Part shown: piece by piece, positions 10,966 through 26,536 of the stretch
Numbering within the stretch: the stretch's first letter is position 1
Layout: each line of letters begins with the position of its first letter
DNA from: Lama glama
Lineage: Eukaryota
Length of the DNA: 64,000 nucleotides
Direction: 5' to 3'
Assembly: GCA_028534125.1 (NCBI GenBank)
Contig: CM052818.1
Coordinates: 932,001-996,000 of the forward strand
The notes under the pieces: generated by a model
The model's database searches: none
Told to the model about the DNA's origin: nothing
The model's input: only the letters and a program-made list of their open reading frames with translations
Translations under genes and position numbers: made by a program

Positions 10966-13900
10966 ATTACCCCCATCAGCGCACCAAGGACACACAAAAG
11001 GCTAGACATAGCCAGATTCTTCATAATAGTGAGAAAAACGAAGCTATCAAGTTAAAGTATTAGATATGTCTACACGATGGCATACTCTGGAGCAAATGTT
11101 AATAACACTATAGATTAATCTGTATCATAATAGGGGGAAAAGAAAAACTATTCAAGGTACAATGTTAAGTTAGTTATAGAAGTATATATAGTATGATACC
11201 ATTGGTACAAATAATGATGATGATAAACGAAGCTATGTTTGAATAGATCATGCTGAATGAATACGCATGAAGAAAAGTCTATAGAAACCAACCTGAAACT
11301 TTTTAATTGTATATATCTGGGTATAGAATTGGGAGAGATACTTCTATTTTTTTGAATTATAAATTTTAACATGTTTGTCTTTTCCCAATGAGCCTATGTT
11401 ACTTTTAGAGCCATTGAAAGAAATAACAATAGTGGAGCCCAAAGCATAAACCAACAACTGAACATGGTTCGGGGTTGGGGGGGGGGACAGAGAAGGACCC
11501 TGGTGGTGGGTCCTTTGCCACCCACCCCTTTGTCTCCTTCTGGCCTCCTTCTGGCCTCGTGATCAGTGAAGCCTAGGGGCAGCGCAGGGGTCTTGGGGAG
11601 GAGAGTTGGATATGGCAGAGGTGGCAGTTGGGTGCAAACATCATCTCTGTTGCAGCCTCAGTGGCTTTATTCCTTGTCAGTCTGATGGCTGGATCTCGCC
11701 TTTGTCCCCACTTTTAAACAAATCGTTCAGGAAAAGAAAAAAAGAGGGGGTGGAAGAGAAGAAGAAAGAAGAGGAAGAGGGGAGAGAGGAGAGAGGAGAG
11801 GCAGAGAGGAGAGACAAGCATGAGAGCTGCTGTGTCCCTGCATCTCCATGGCCCCGGGAAGTGGGACGTGGAGCTGCTCCTCAGCATCCTGTCAGGAGTC
11901 GCCATGGAGACTGAGTGCTGGCCTCTTCATGATTAATACTCTGAGGCAGCTGTCTTCTTGGAGTCTTTTAAAATACACACTATTATTTGAACACAATGAT
12001 ATTTAGAGCAGAAGGATCAAGGTGGGGAGTCGGGGAGGAGACTGCAGCATTATCAGAATGATGGCAGGGGCTGGGCCCTTCCCAGAAGGGAGAAAAGGGA
12101 AGCGTACTTCTGATCCCTCACCTCTCCTCCCTCCCTGGATCCAGACCTTCCAGTCTCATCCACTGTGACATCAGCCTCAGCCCCAGTCTCAGTATCCAAA
12201 GGGCCTGTGCAGCACTGGGCATGGGGCTGGGCTCAGTGAACATCTGATGAATGAGTTTGTTCATTCACTAATTCATTCAGGAATTGTCTATTCAGTGCTT
12301 GCTCTCATTTTTTTTTCCCATGGAAATCAGAAATTTCTTCTCACCCTCCCCAAGGTCACACACCACCACCACCACCACTGCCACCAGTTTCTGCGCTGGC
12401 TCCCAAGGGATGCTCTCCTCCTCAGCACGTGTCTGATGTGACCCACAGTGTTCCTAATGGCAGTCACTCCAGGGAATTCTTGCAGGAAAGGGAACCAGCC
12501 AGATGGAGTTTGCACATCATACCCCATTTGAAAGGCTAGAGGAAGATTCTCCACCTAGAGCCATTCTTAAAGCGAATTCTTTTTGTAAAGTGAATGATCT
12601 TTTCCTAAATTATCTGGTGGAGTAGGCTGGCGTGGGCTTGACTCTTAGTCCCACCACTGAACAGAAGTGTGGCCTTGAGCAAGATATTTAACCTTTTCAA
12701 GTCTGTTTCCTAATCTGTGAAATGGGTCTTCAGTTCCTTATTCCATAGAACTTTTGCAATGATTAAATGATCTTTGTAGAGTGCTCAATGTATGTGATTT
12801 CTCACTTTCCTTGTGTGGAAATTAGTGTTTTCATATTTGAAGTGTGAATTAAAGTGGAGCTCATAGTTCTAAGCGCCTCTCTTTTCCATGCCCACCCAAA
12901 GACCTTTACTCTATCTGGGCCCAGAATCTCTTTTTAAGCTGTTAAAATTTGGGAGTAAGAGGAGCTGAGCTGGGAAAGGATACAAAATGCCCATTTCCCC
13001 TCTGTATTCCCTCCTCCTCCTCAAGGAACCAAATGCAGATGCAACTGCCCTCCAGAGGTAACGGCCCATTGCGTATGCCTGTGACTGTTGGAGGTGAATG
13101 GTGGGGGCAGGAATTTGGGCCAGCCCACACGGGGAGCTGCGTTCCCCGTCGCCTCTCCTATTCACTCCTCCCTCCCCAGCAATGCCTCCAGGCCTGGCCT
13201 TAAACAAGAGGAAGTTGGACCTTTTGTCTTAACAGAGACCTAGCCCAACAGCCCTTGGCAGAGAGCAGCGATAGCCTGGAAACTTGCCAAAGGAGTAGGG
13301 GAATTATCCATGACTAAGAAGGGAGAGGAATGCTGTGGCAGAGGGAGGAACAGCAGAGGGATGGAGAACCTGGGGCTGGCCAATCTGGCCCGACGGGGCA
13401 ACCTGGGGCGCCCTGGACACTGGCCTAGCCAAACTCCTCCACTCCCCTTCCCTCCCAGGCAGCAAGATGCCAGCATGGAGTTGAGACATGTGTGCCCTGT
13501 GTGTCTGGTGTGGGCTCAGCTGGCCGTGGCAATACATTTGGATTAAAATGAAACCCAGGGTCTGAAATAGAGGATAAAAGAAATAGTGCCCTGTGTGTCT
13601 GTTCTTAACAGACACGTGTTGGGTTTCTGCATTTCCTATGTGGAAACATGCTTGCTGGTAACATAAAACTATATCCGTGGCATTTGCTAGGTCATGCTGC
13701 ACGTGCACGATTTCCAGACACAAGAAAATGAGTGCAAGTGTTTCAGCATGTATTTTATAGGTGATTATGTGATGGCACATTCTGTAAACACACACACTGG
13801 CAGGGCTGTTGTGGGGTGTGGAGGATAGGGCAGATAGGGATGGAGATGGGTGGAATAAAAACCGGAATCTACCTTCTGGCCCACAGTAGGCACTTAAGGA

Positions 13901-15544
13901 ATAAATAGTGAACTAATGAACATTGAGAAATTGAATGAATGAATGTTCGGATAATGAATATAGGGTGAAAGGCCTGAAAATTTGGTGGGATTTGGGCATC
14001 TTTGGATTTCTCCCTTGAAAAGGAGAGTACCGGAGGGCAGGGCAGGCTGGGAGATACGTTAGTCGTCATGCTCTAGCCCATCATCCCTGAATGGCTTTAT
14101 TCCCACTCTTGGGAAAGTCAAGTAGGAGGAGGGAATCCCAGCCCTGCCCTCCCTCCCTTCTGGCGCCCAGAGTCCCGAGAATTGTTGTTTTCATAAAGAA
14201 AAACATCCTTTCCCATGTATTTACTTAACCCCCTAATTTGGTTCCAGAAAGGAGTTAAGTGAACTTTAACACATAGTAAAATGAAAATTTTTAAAAGATG
14301 AGGTAATAAGACAGAGGGGAAACCACAGCAGAAGAGAGATGAGATTAGGAGAGTAGGCAGGCTTCTTTGCTGGAGATGACTGGCCTTCTGCAGCCAAGAG
14401 CCATAGCCTCCTTAAAGTTTAGGGAATTTATTTGTTAAGTTTTGCGGAAGAAGTCCAATTAGTCCAGGAATTGATTCTAGGGAAATATAGCCTGTGGATT
14501 CCATTTGTGCTCCTGGGACAATATCCCTGGGGTAAGTCATTTACAGGAAGGCAAAAAAAAAAAAAAAAGTCTACTACAGAAGCATCTCATACCCTGTGGG
14601 TGAGGGAGGAGGGAGCAAGAATTGGCCCTACTTTTCTGGAGGACAACTGCCACTTACCTATCAAAATTTTACAGATTCTTTGATCCAGAATTACACTGGC
14701 TGGAATTTATCCCAAAGACACATTCACATTTATGTACTCAAGGACAAAACTACGTGAATAAAATCAAAAGGTTAGAAACTTCCTATATGCTAATGGGTGG
14801 GGGCAAACTGAACTCCCTTACTGTGGAGTACTATACAGCCTTAGAAAAGAATGGCTAAGCACTTTATGTTTGGACATGGAGCAATCTTTCAGCAATTATA
14901 AGTGGGGGAGAATTCTATTGCAGGACAGTATGTATGCTTGCAGGGTATTTTTTTTTCTGAAAGAATACACAGGGAAAGTAGATGTGGCTACCTCAGGAGG
15001 GAGGTGAGTAGGAAAAAGAGACACTTACTTTTCAATTTAGAATATATTCTTCTGTTTTAATTGATTTTTTCTCTCACGATATGGTCCTTTTAAATTTAAG
15101 TAAGTTATTTTTTCCAGAACAAACTGAAAAAAACTATTAAGAAAATGAAAAGCACACAGATATGAGCAAATTATACATAACAGCAATAATCTCTATGGTT
15201 TATTGAGTGCCCCTGTGCCTAGAACTTCATATCCTCTAACCCCATTTCTCTTTATAGCAAATTTATGAAGTAGATATACACATCTCCATTTCACAGGTGA
15301 GGAAACTGACGCTCAGGGAGATTCAATGACACAGCTACTAGGTGACAGAGAGATGATTCAAACCGCAAACTGTGGAATTCTAAGTCCACTCGGTCTTCAG
15401 GGAAGTGCACTTACTGGGTATCTGGCCCCACACGGAGCAGCGCCCCAGCCGGGCGCACCCGCGGCCCCGGCGCGCACGGGGCTCCACGCTCGGGGAGCGC
15501 GCGCGCACGCAGCGGCGCGGGCCCGGCGGCGGCGGCGGTGGCGA

Positions 15545-15701
15545 CGACGTCACAGCCGAGTTTTCCTTTTCGGGAGTCCCCGGCACACATCCTGTGTCCA
15601 TGTTTGGGCATTTACGTCACGGCGGCAGGGCCGGGGCCTCCCGAAATGGCAGTGGCCCGGGGAGTCGGAAGCCCTGAGCCAGCGCCACCGCTGCTATATA
15701 A
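15545..15701 (+). promoter_or_regulatory. EGR4 immediate-early promoter: two CRE-like sites, a CArG-like box and a TATA box
   Basis: CGACGTCA 15545-15552; CCATGTTTGG (CArG, one mismatch) 15598-15607; TTACGTCA 15612-15619; TATATAA 15695-15701. This arrangement is typical of EGR-family promoters. Confidence 0.8.
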
Positions 15702-15954
15702 GTGGGGGGGCCGCGGGTTGGGGGAGCCCGGCTGCGCTTTGGAGAGGCGAGGAGCCGCCACCCGAGGCCAGTCCCGGCGAGCGAGGGAGCCTCGCTCCCC
15801 CTACCCCTTTCCCAGAGGTGAGAGCCCGGAGCCAGGAGCCTGGGCACCTGTGTCTGCGAGGCGCCGGGCGCCCCGACTGCCGGCCTCCCTGCCATCCGCG
15901 CGCCCCCAAGCCCAGCGGGCGAGGCCCCTGGAGCCCCGCAGCTGCCTCCGAGCC

Positions 15955-17808
<1,854 letters not shown>

Positions 17809-17972
17809 GAGTGAAATGGGTTTGTAGATTGGGGCGCCGCCGCCCGGCGCGCACAAGAAAACCTGGCCCGCCCCACCGCCCCGCTCCTCTTCCCACTTCT
17901 TCCCGGCACGCCCTGAGGCCGGCCTCTGGTCCCGCTTCCAGTTCCCTAGAAGGGCCCGCCGCACACTCCCCG

Positions 17973-17999
17973 TTCAGCACCAGCTCCGTGGACAGCTCC
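17973..17999 (+). promoter_or_regulatory. Non-canonical RE1/NRSE (REST site) with 8-nt spacer in the EGR4 3'UTR
   Basis: TTCAGCACC (17973-17981) + AGCTCCGT + GGACAGCTCC (17990-17999). Both RE1 half-sites match consensus. Confidence 0.7.
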
Positions 18000-18313
18000 C
18001 GCGGTCCGGGTGCCATCTCCCGAGTCAGCCGCGCTTTGGAGGGAAGTTCTCTCAGGCCACCCACTGAGCAGGCACTTCCTTGGGACTTGACAATCTTCTG
18101 TAACTGGCGCACGCCCCACGCCCTCTCCTAGCCCCCCAGAGATAGGCTGGGGCAGCGCCGAGCTGGTCTCGCGCGGGATTTTGTACAGCAATGTCGTTTT
18201 CAGCAGCCATTGGTTGTAATGTTTTGCTTTGGGGTTATTTCCTTTTTGTTGTTGTTAATTTTTGTAAAGCAGACGCTACTCTCAAGCAGTTGACAAAACT
18301 GTTTATTTTTGCA

Positions 18314-18319
18314 ATTAAA
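18314..18319 (+). terminator. Likely EGR4 polyadenylation signal (ATTAAA)
   Basis: ATTAAA after a U-rich 3'UTR block (18210-18310), ~500 nt past the stop codon. Confidence 0.65.
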
Positions 18320-21300
18320 ATTATTGTGCTAAAAGCTTACTGAATCTGCCATCCAAGCTCCTGACCATTTCCTACCCCTACTCCCCGATTACTCCTACAG
18401 GAGAGTATGTGCCAGAAGAGAAAGGAGATCCTCATGCTCATAGAGTCATTACACACCTACTGTCCGGCACTCTGGCACGTAGTAGGCATTCAATAAATAT
18501 GTACTGAATTAAGGAATGAATTTAATCACAGCTGACCTGTGATTAAAGGATTCAAAGTGTTTCTGGAACTTGAGAGTGGTTGAGAGGCTTAGGTATTAAA
18601 CATTGTGCATATATTATTCTTCTTGGTCCTCACAATCCTGAGTGCAGCACGAGGAAGCAAAGTAGGTAATTTGCTGGGTAACTCGTCTAGGAACAGACAG
18701 GGCCAAACTCAGATCTGTCTGGCTCCAAAGCCGGTGCTTTTTTCCCACCCCCAGAATGGCGGCACCTCAGCTTAATCGTTTGAAAAGGCATCCTACCAAG
18801 AGATGAAATAGATTTGTCAACTAGAGGGAGCTCCAGGCAGTAGCGACAGCAGAAGACTGCAGTATTTCAGTGCTGTTTTGGAACACCCAGAGTATTGGGT
18901 ATCACAGAGGCTCCAGCCGGTGCCTATGCATCTATATGAGAATCACATTCTGTCAGGGCCAAAAGGGACTCAGCAATCAGCTAGAGCCTGGATGAGCAGA
19001 GCCAAGCCCAGCAAAGAGAGGGTGCTTGACAGAGCCTCATCATTTGCTCTTCCCACAGCAGCCCGTTTGCCATCTAGCCATGCGCCAGCCACAGCCCCTC
19101 TTCCCTTCCAGGTGAACACTCCATGACTCTGTGGGAGTGGAGCTATAAGGGTGGTAAGGAAAGTATGATCCTGTGATGAGAAAGGTGGGGAATGGGTGAA
19201 AATTGCTCCCCTTTGCTCCCTAAACTCCCAACCCAAAGGTTTTTACTCTTTCTGGCCATCTTGGGCAGACATTGGAGCATTAAAACTGTGCTGTGCACCC
19301 CATCTCTCCTCCCCAACAACTCCTCTCTGCTAAGGAAAGGATAGAGCCTGTCTGGGGGCTTCATTCTTTTCTGAGCTGAACTATTCTTTAATTAAGAGTC
19401 CTACTGACCGAGGATGCCAGTTCAGTACAGCTTCTGATCCTTCCGCTAATTTATCCCTTCACACTCAGATGTACTCACCCTCTACCTCTGCAGTCCAAAT
19501 GAGCAGAGACAAAATTATCAAGTCAGCACCCATTTTTCTCCCAAGTGTTAAGTGCTTTCATGTGGTTCAGTACCTTGTATCTAATAATATTACCTCTTCT
19601 AGGAAAGTTAGCATTTAATAGAGTAGCAGAAGGGCAATGTTTAACCCTATAGTGAGGCTCAAATGATGGACCATCTGGCACTGTAACAGGTAAGTGGTAG
19701 ATTCATGGAGACCTATGATGATGATGACTCATTATTTTACTACTTAAGTGACTTTCACTGATAGGCGTGAACCATCCAGCTTCCATACAGAGTAGGGTAA
19801 AAGCATAAAGGCCCAGATTTCAACCAACTGGTCCCAAACCACACAACCTGAACAAAGGAAGAAGAGCAGACAGGCTGTAGGTGGTTGGTGTCTAACCATC
19901 CCACCGTTGCCTCTGTCAGCAGCATCCCATTAACTACTGTCAGCTGTATTGTGCCCCACCTTGTCCTCACACCCACTGAGGCCTAAAATCACTGATGAGA
20001 AAACTGAACCCCGAAGAAGTGACTTAGTAGTGGTGCTGCTACCGGAGCCCTGTGTGGTTCTAGAACTTCCAGCTGATAAGTCTCTCCTGTTACTCCTCCC
20101 AAGGGAAACAGCTCCATTTACCAGAACTTCCCCTTAGGATTTTGAGGGAAAAGAATGTTAGGCCAGAGATGGAAAGAATTAAATAGAGCAATCAAAAAAC
20201 CACCCCAAACCCAGGATCCAAACATAATCGGGAACTAACAGAGAGCTCATTTTCCTTACTTGCTCCTCTTTTTCATCTGGTCCTCAAAATGTGGGTATTT
20301 CTCCAGACTTAGTTCTGAGCCCTCTTCTTCCCCATTTCAACATTGTCCTTGGAGAGTACATTAATTCCTAGGCTTTCAACTATCACTGCTATGTAGATAA
20401 CTTCTAAGCCAGCCAGCTTTGTCTCTACTCCAGCTGAAGCCCCATGGTTCTAACGAACATCTCCATATGGTAGTCCCACCACCATTTCAAATACATTCTG
20501 TCTAAAATCAAATCATCCTTCCATATACCCAACTTATGCCAATGAAGACCATCTTTTGTTTGGTTCCCTCAATTTACCTAAATAACTACAATTATTTTGT
20601 GGGATTCATTTTTGACCCCCCCCCCAAATCCAGGCTGTCACTCAGACCTGTTGGATCTTATTGAAGTTCTAAAGGATCTTATCTACTCTAATTCATGATA
20701 CACTGTTTCTGTTTATGTACTGTAATTTTTAGCTTGTGAGCTCATCTGAAGTGGGAACTTACCTGGACAGTAATATTCTGTGGCCTAGGTTGAGGGTATG
20801 TTTCTCCCCAGCAGTTTTGTGTTTGCTTCTGCCAGGCATTCCAGGAATATCAACTTATGGAGACCAATCTTTATGTTAATTTCTTGGGTTAGGGTTCTTG
20901 TACTACGCAGGTGTTGTGAGTTCAAATTCTAACTCAAGTAGTTACAAATTCTCAGAGGCAACTCCCCCTACTCCACCCAGGGCCCAGGTCAGGACAGACA
21001 AGCAACATGCTCCTTTCCCCATACCTCCTGGGGTTAGTCACGGCACATCTTAAGCTTACATTTGTTGGTCTCAGTTCCCTTGTTTTGGTCCATGTAGATT
21101 TTCTTTCCTTTCTTGCAAGCTCAGCTAAGCATTTCAGAAGTCTGTTGTATTTTGTGAATCAGTCCATGCATTCTGTAGCAGGAGGGACTTTGGCTTATTT
21201 GATAACTTTGCTGAAAACTGAAGCCAGAAGATGTTGATTCCTCTATTAAAATATTTGCGCCATTTATCCTTTCTGTGCCTATTGCCAGCTCCTCAGTCCA

Positions 21301-22565
21301 TACCACCCCCTCCACATATACAAAAACTTTGGTTATGACAATCACATAATAACATGTGGAGTTGGAAGGAGCTTACTGGAACATCTTCTCTGATCCTTTA
21401 TTGTATAGGGGAGGAAACTGAAGCCCAAGAAATTTGGGGATTTTCTTAAGGGCATAAAGATGATGAGAGATTGAAGAGAGCATTGAACCTGGGCTTTCCA
21501 GATCCAAGACCAGTGCATACCACATACCCACTTTTTCACAAGTATTACTGAGTACCTACCATATGCTGGACCTTTCAAATACTTCCCAACTTTTTTTCCT
21601 TTCCAGGGCACCTGAAGAATTCGACACACACATCAGTAACACTCTCACTCAAATCCTGACTCTCACCCTGGAGAGACAGGGACGAGTAATAAGAATCTTG
21701 ATGAGGTGGGATATGAGGGAGGGTTTGACAGAACAGCCAGAGTGCTGTTTCCCCCCTTTTCACCCCAGCCTCTGTGCCCTGTTTGAGACAGGCCTACAGT
21801 ACACCAAACTGCTTCCTGGAGTCCCTCTGCCTCCATTCGCTCTCCTTCCATTTCACACTGCACAGCACTCCTGATGTAAATTCTCTAAACTGTTATTCAT
21901 AGTGTTGTATCCCAAACTGACCACAGCTTCCACCTTCTTACAAAAAAATACATTACAATTAAAGCCTTCCGTATCTGATCCAAACTTATCAGCCACCCTC
22001 CTCTGTCATCTCTCCCTTCGCTCTATCTTCTCCCTTCCCCCCATGTAGTATCCAAATCCTCCCATTGTTGAGCTCCTTCGAGGACAAAGACCTTGTCTGA
22101 TCCATATGTGTGGCCACCATATCACCAGGCCTTCTGCCCTGCACACCCAAATGCTTAATTATTTTGTTGATTGGTTGCCACCCCCCCAAAAAAGTCCTAA
22201 AGGCCTAAAAGGAGAAAGGAAAAAGAGAAGGGGGAGAAAGGAGGAGAAGAGGAAGGAAGGAAGGTGGTTGGAGAGCATGAAACTGGGAAAGGATCAGGAG
22301 GGAGAGATGGGAAGAAGCAAGACTGAGGCCCTGATCCAAGCCACGGGGTCCCATGAGTGGGACCACACTTCTGGCTGGTCTGTGTCTATCCAGTTCTTCC
22401 TGGGCCCATGATTCTCTGCCTCACCTCTGGGTCCCCAGATGTGTCTGTCCCTCAGCTCTCTCTCCCTTTTGGTTTTTCTGGCCCACATGGAGTGGGATTC
22501 AGTTTAATATTTTTAGAACTGTGGTTCCCATAACAACCAAGCAGGAACTGTTGTCCCTAAAGTGT

Positions 22566-22850
22566 AGCACGGGCACACGTGCGCACATGCATAAACACAT
22601 ATGCACACGTGCACACTTGTGCACATGCACACACATACACAAGTACAGGCATACCCACTGACATACATTTGTGCATTCGCTCGTACATATATACACTCAT
22701 ACATGCACAAGCACACCCACATATGTACACATGCATGCATTCACACATATATACACTCACAAACACATGCACACATGTGCATATGCACAGATATACACCT
22801 GCATGCACATGCATGTATATACATGAGCAAAAACACGTGTGCATACACAA
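22566..22850. repeat. Degenerate (CA/TA/TG) low-complexity microsatellite
   Basis: About 285 bp of mostly alternating purine-pyrimidine sequence (cacatgcacacacatacac...). Confidence 0.85.
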
Positions 22851-24049
22851 TCATGCCCCAAATTATTTTTGCACGTTCGTAGGAAGCACAGAGGACAAAC
22901 ATCACTAAAACAAAAGACAATATAAGGGTATGTTTGGCAGTCTGCAAGAGCAGGTGGATTTAGGAAATCATTTTGGCAGGGGAAGGCTCCATGGGCTTAG
23001 TATAGCAAAGGGGTGCAGGGGGGCATTGTATTGAAGCATAGACTTTGCAGTTTGGTGACTTGAATTCAAATCTTGACTGTGCCCTTTGTTGTGCTCTGAA
23101 CTTTAGTTTCCCAATCGGTAAAGTGGGGCTAACAATAATACCTATTCAATAGGTTTATTGACAATTGAATAATATGCATAAAATGACTAGTGTGATGCCC
23201 AGCATTTGGTTAATAGGAGCTGTTATAATCTAAATCTTAGAAGAAATGATTTCTTATTCACTCAATCTAAGAGGACTTTCCGGAGGAGGAAAGAAATTTA
23301 GGAGCTAGGGGAAGGAAGAGAAGGTGTGGGGCAGGAGGGGAATTTGACCTGACTGGCCAGAGTCCATATTAAATGTGCCTCTCTTCAAAAGCCACCTGAC
23401 AACTCTACAAATTATCCTTCCAGACACTAAATGCCCAATATCTCTGCCTTGGCAGGAATAGGATGGGGTCGAGGAAAGTCCTCTTCACCCTCATTTATTG
23501 GAGAATCCTGGGGCTATGCTAGATCTCTGTACTGCTGTAGCTGGACTGCCCACATGGCCTTGGCCCTCAGCCCTTCCCAAGCCAGTTTCTTTGCCTTTGC
23601 CCAAGCACTGCACCTAGTCTGAAACGCCATCTCTTCTTTTCCTCATCCAAAGCTCAGCTCAGCTCAGCTCAACCCTAGGTCTGGGAGCCCTAACACCCTG
23701 TCTGATTTCCCCACTGAAGCCCTGTAGACTTCCTCCAAGCCTAAGACAGTCAGATTGTTCCTGCTTCAGCAGCTGGCTGGACCTTAAGCCACGGGCGGGC
23801 CCTCTAGGTGCTCCAGTCCCAGGGAGTCAGGCTTTTCCCCTAACCAAGTTTGAGGTGACAATGGGTGAGAAGGAACCAGGGCCAGGGGCCACTGCCCCTT
23901 TCTTCCTCCTCCAGGTCCCGGATAGGATCTGTGACGGGGACACGTGCTCCTAGATGACACCCTCAAGGACAAGACTGGGTCCCGGGACATGACAGAGTCC
24001 CTCCTAGTTCCCCTGGTTCCCCAGGGATGCCCAAAGGGGCCTGACCCAG

Positions 24050-25150
24050 GCAGTCTCCGCGGAGACTGTGCGTCTGACCTGAGGTCGCTGAATGCACAGC
24101 CCGCGGCGCGCATCCCAGGAGGCTGCCTAAGGGCCGGTGGCCGTGATCCCAGGAGTACTGCACCGCGCCGGCGCTCTTCCCGACCCACACCCCCTCAGAA
24201 CCGCCCACCTCCGAATTTGCCCCGAATGGGAGCAGGCCCAAGCCAGAGTGGTAGGGTTAGGGCGGAGAGGTTTGGATTAAAGGTGGGCAGCGCAGGTCAC
24301 AACCGGAGGTGCCCGGGGCATGGAGAGTGCACTGGGCGGTGCTGCGACCCAGGAAAACAGGGACTGAGGGGGAGCGCGGCTGGGGCGCCCCCGCACCCTC
24401 AGGGCGGCGCCGCGGACCCTCCCCCACCGAAGCCACCTTCGGCGGAAAACGTGGGGTCCCGGCGCAGCCGCTTCTGGCGGCATCTGCCGCTCCCCAGCTC
24501 GCAGGAGAGCCCGCCCCGGAGGAGGGGCCGGCTCCGCCCCACCTCCTCGCCGCCTCCCTCCCCCTTCCCTTCCTTTCCTCCGGCCGCGCGCCCCCTCCTC
24601 CCTCCTCCTCCTCCATCCTTCCCCCACCCTGTTTGTGTGCCCCTCCCGCTGCGACTGGCTGGGAGGCTCGGCCGCCCCCGCCCCGAGAGGGAGGCGGGGG
24701 CACCAGCCGCGGCGGACACCCGAGGCTGCGGAGGGGAACGAAATCCGAGGCCCCGAGGCGGCCCTGCATCTGGCCCGGGCACGCGGGGGCTGCCTCTGCA
24801 CCCCCAGCCGAGGGCCGCGGGGCCTGGCCTCGTCGCGGGGTGGAGGAGGTAAGGGCGAGTCGCGGGCGCGCTGCGGGACCGCTCCTGGAGGGAAGGCTGG
24901 GAGGACCTCAGCCGCTGCCTCCTCCTCTTGCTTCCCCCCCACCCCCCACAGCCCTCTGGAGGCCCGAGAGGCTCCCGGACAGGGAGGGATTTGGGCAGGC
25001 CAGGCCAGAGGCAAGGAAGGGGTTAATTTAAGGAATTAAAATCAGAACGATTTGAGACCAAGCTTCCCATCCCCCCCCTCTCGCCAGTCGCTCCCCGAGC
25101 CAGGCTGGGGGGCGGGGGCGGGCTCCAGACCCCACTGAGACTCCGGACCT
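24050..25150 (+). promoter_or_regulatory. FBXO41: CpG-island promoter and putative non-coding exon 1 of FBXO41 (donor at 24848/24849)
   Basis: CpG-dense island ~12 kb upstream of the first coding exon. Strong donor GAG|GTAAGG. The first coding exon begins with an acceptor (37003), so an upstream exon is required. TSS not determined. Confidence 0.7.
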
Positions 25151-26536
25151 TGGAGAGCTGGGGCCAGAGGGAGGGAGGAGGAAGAGCGCCCTCAAACCCA
25201 GCCCTCTCCACCTGCTTCTGAAAAGGGGTGGGGGAGGGGCTTGGTGTTGAGGCCTGGCTGGGCACCTGTGCGGGTGTCTGAGGGTGGGAGGGTTTGGGTG
25301 CCCGTATGCACGTGTGATAGTCTGGATGGTCTGGAGGTGTGCATGTGTGTGCAATGCATGTTTCTGTCACCTCATATCCCAGTGCCTCTGCCAGTGACAC
25401 TGCCCACAGTGATCTTGATGTGTGCACCCCACTGCATTGCTTTGCATGTGAGTGTGTGCCACGGTGCCTGCGTGCACTTGCCACAGTTTGCCTGTGAGTA
25501 GCAGTGGGGCCTGCTCTCTCCTTAAGTCGAGTCTGCAATGAGGGGCCCAGAAGGTTTTCTGGGTGTGGGATCCAGGTGCTGGAGCTATGTATGTGTGACC
25601 TTGGGAGGTGTGTGCATGTTTGTAGGAGCCAGAGAGTGAGGGGGAGCTTAGAACAGAAAAGGCAGTGTCAGGGCTGCCAGGAAGCAGAGGACTGGACGCA
25701 GTGACCCCAGTGGCTCTTCACCAGGCTATAGTGACTACTCTGGGAGGTACACACGTTGGGCCACAGCCCTAGGTGTGGAGAGCCAGAGCCCCCACCTCCT
25801 TGGGTTTTAGAGCATCAGGGAGCATTCCTTTATTGCCCATCCACAGGGGCACCTCCAGCTGCCTCCCTATCGTTCAGATACCTCCTCCACCTGCTGACAG
25901 ATGTCTCCTGAAAGCACTGAGCTTAGAGTTTCATTTCTTTGGCCTGTAATGCCATCTACTAATATCCAAATCTTCCTCCCCCATTTCTGTAATTTCCACC
26001 TTCTCTGCTTTCCTGCACATGGATTTGACATGGAAAGAGGGAGAAAGAGCTGTTGGGCCCGGAAGGCCAAGTAGGAGGGAGAGTAGATGCCAGGGGCATG
26101 GTGGAGAGTTGGGGGCAGGGGAATGACCATCAAGAACGAAACTCTGTGAACTTCTCAACTTTGCCTGATCTGAATTTAACAGAGAAAGAGACAGAAAGAG
26201 GGATTGTGGTGGTATCCATGCACTTGTTTCTAGATTTAGGGAATATTTACTTTTGGCATATTTGTAGTGGGAAGGGGTCATGGTTGTGGAAAGGTCATTG
26301 CCATCCTGCCTTTGAATTCCCTGGACTTTCCTACCTCTCTGTCAGCCCACCACTCCCTTCATTCATTCATTCAACAAGTATTTATTGACTGCTACCATGG
26401 GCCAACCTGTGAATATTACCATATTGGTAGGACATTCTACTTTCAACCCAGAGAAACATGGTATTGAGTCTAAGAGCATGGTTTTGAAGTCAGTCAAATA
26501 GTCTTGGGTTCAAATAACGGTTTCAGTCATTCACTG

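Noticed and set aside
22353..22947. Stacked His/Cys/Thr/Val-rich ORFs
   Set aside because: They are translations of the CA/TG low-complexity repeat.
23784..25039. Several long ORFs (up to 302 aa) on both strands in the FBXO41 CpG island
   Set aside because: Pro/Gly/Arg/Ala-rich with no domain signature; stop-codon scarcity is expected in very GC-rich DNA.
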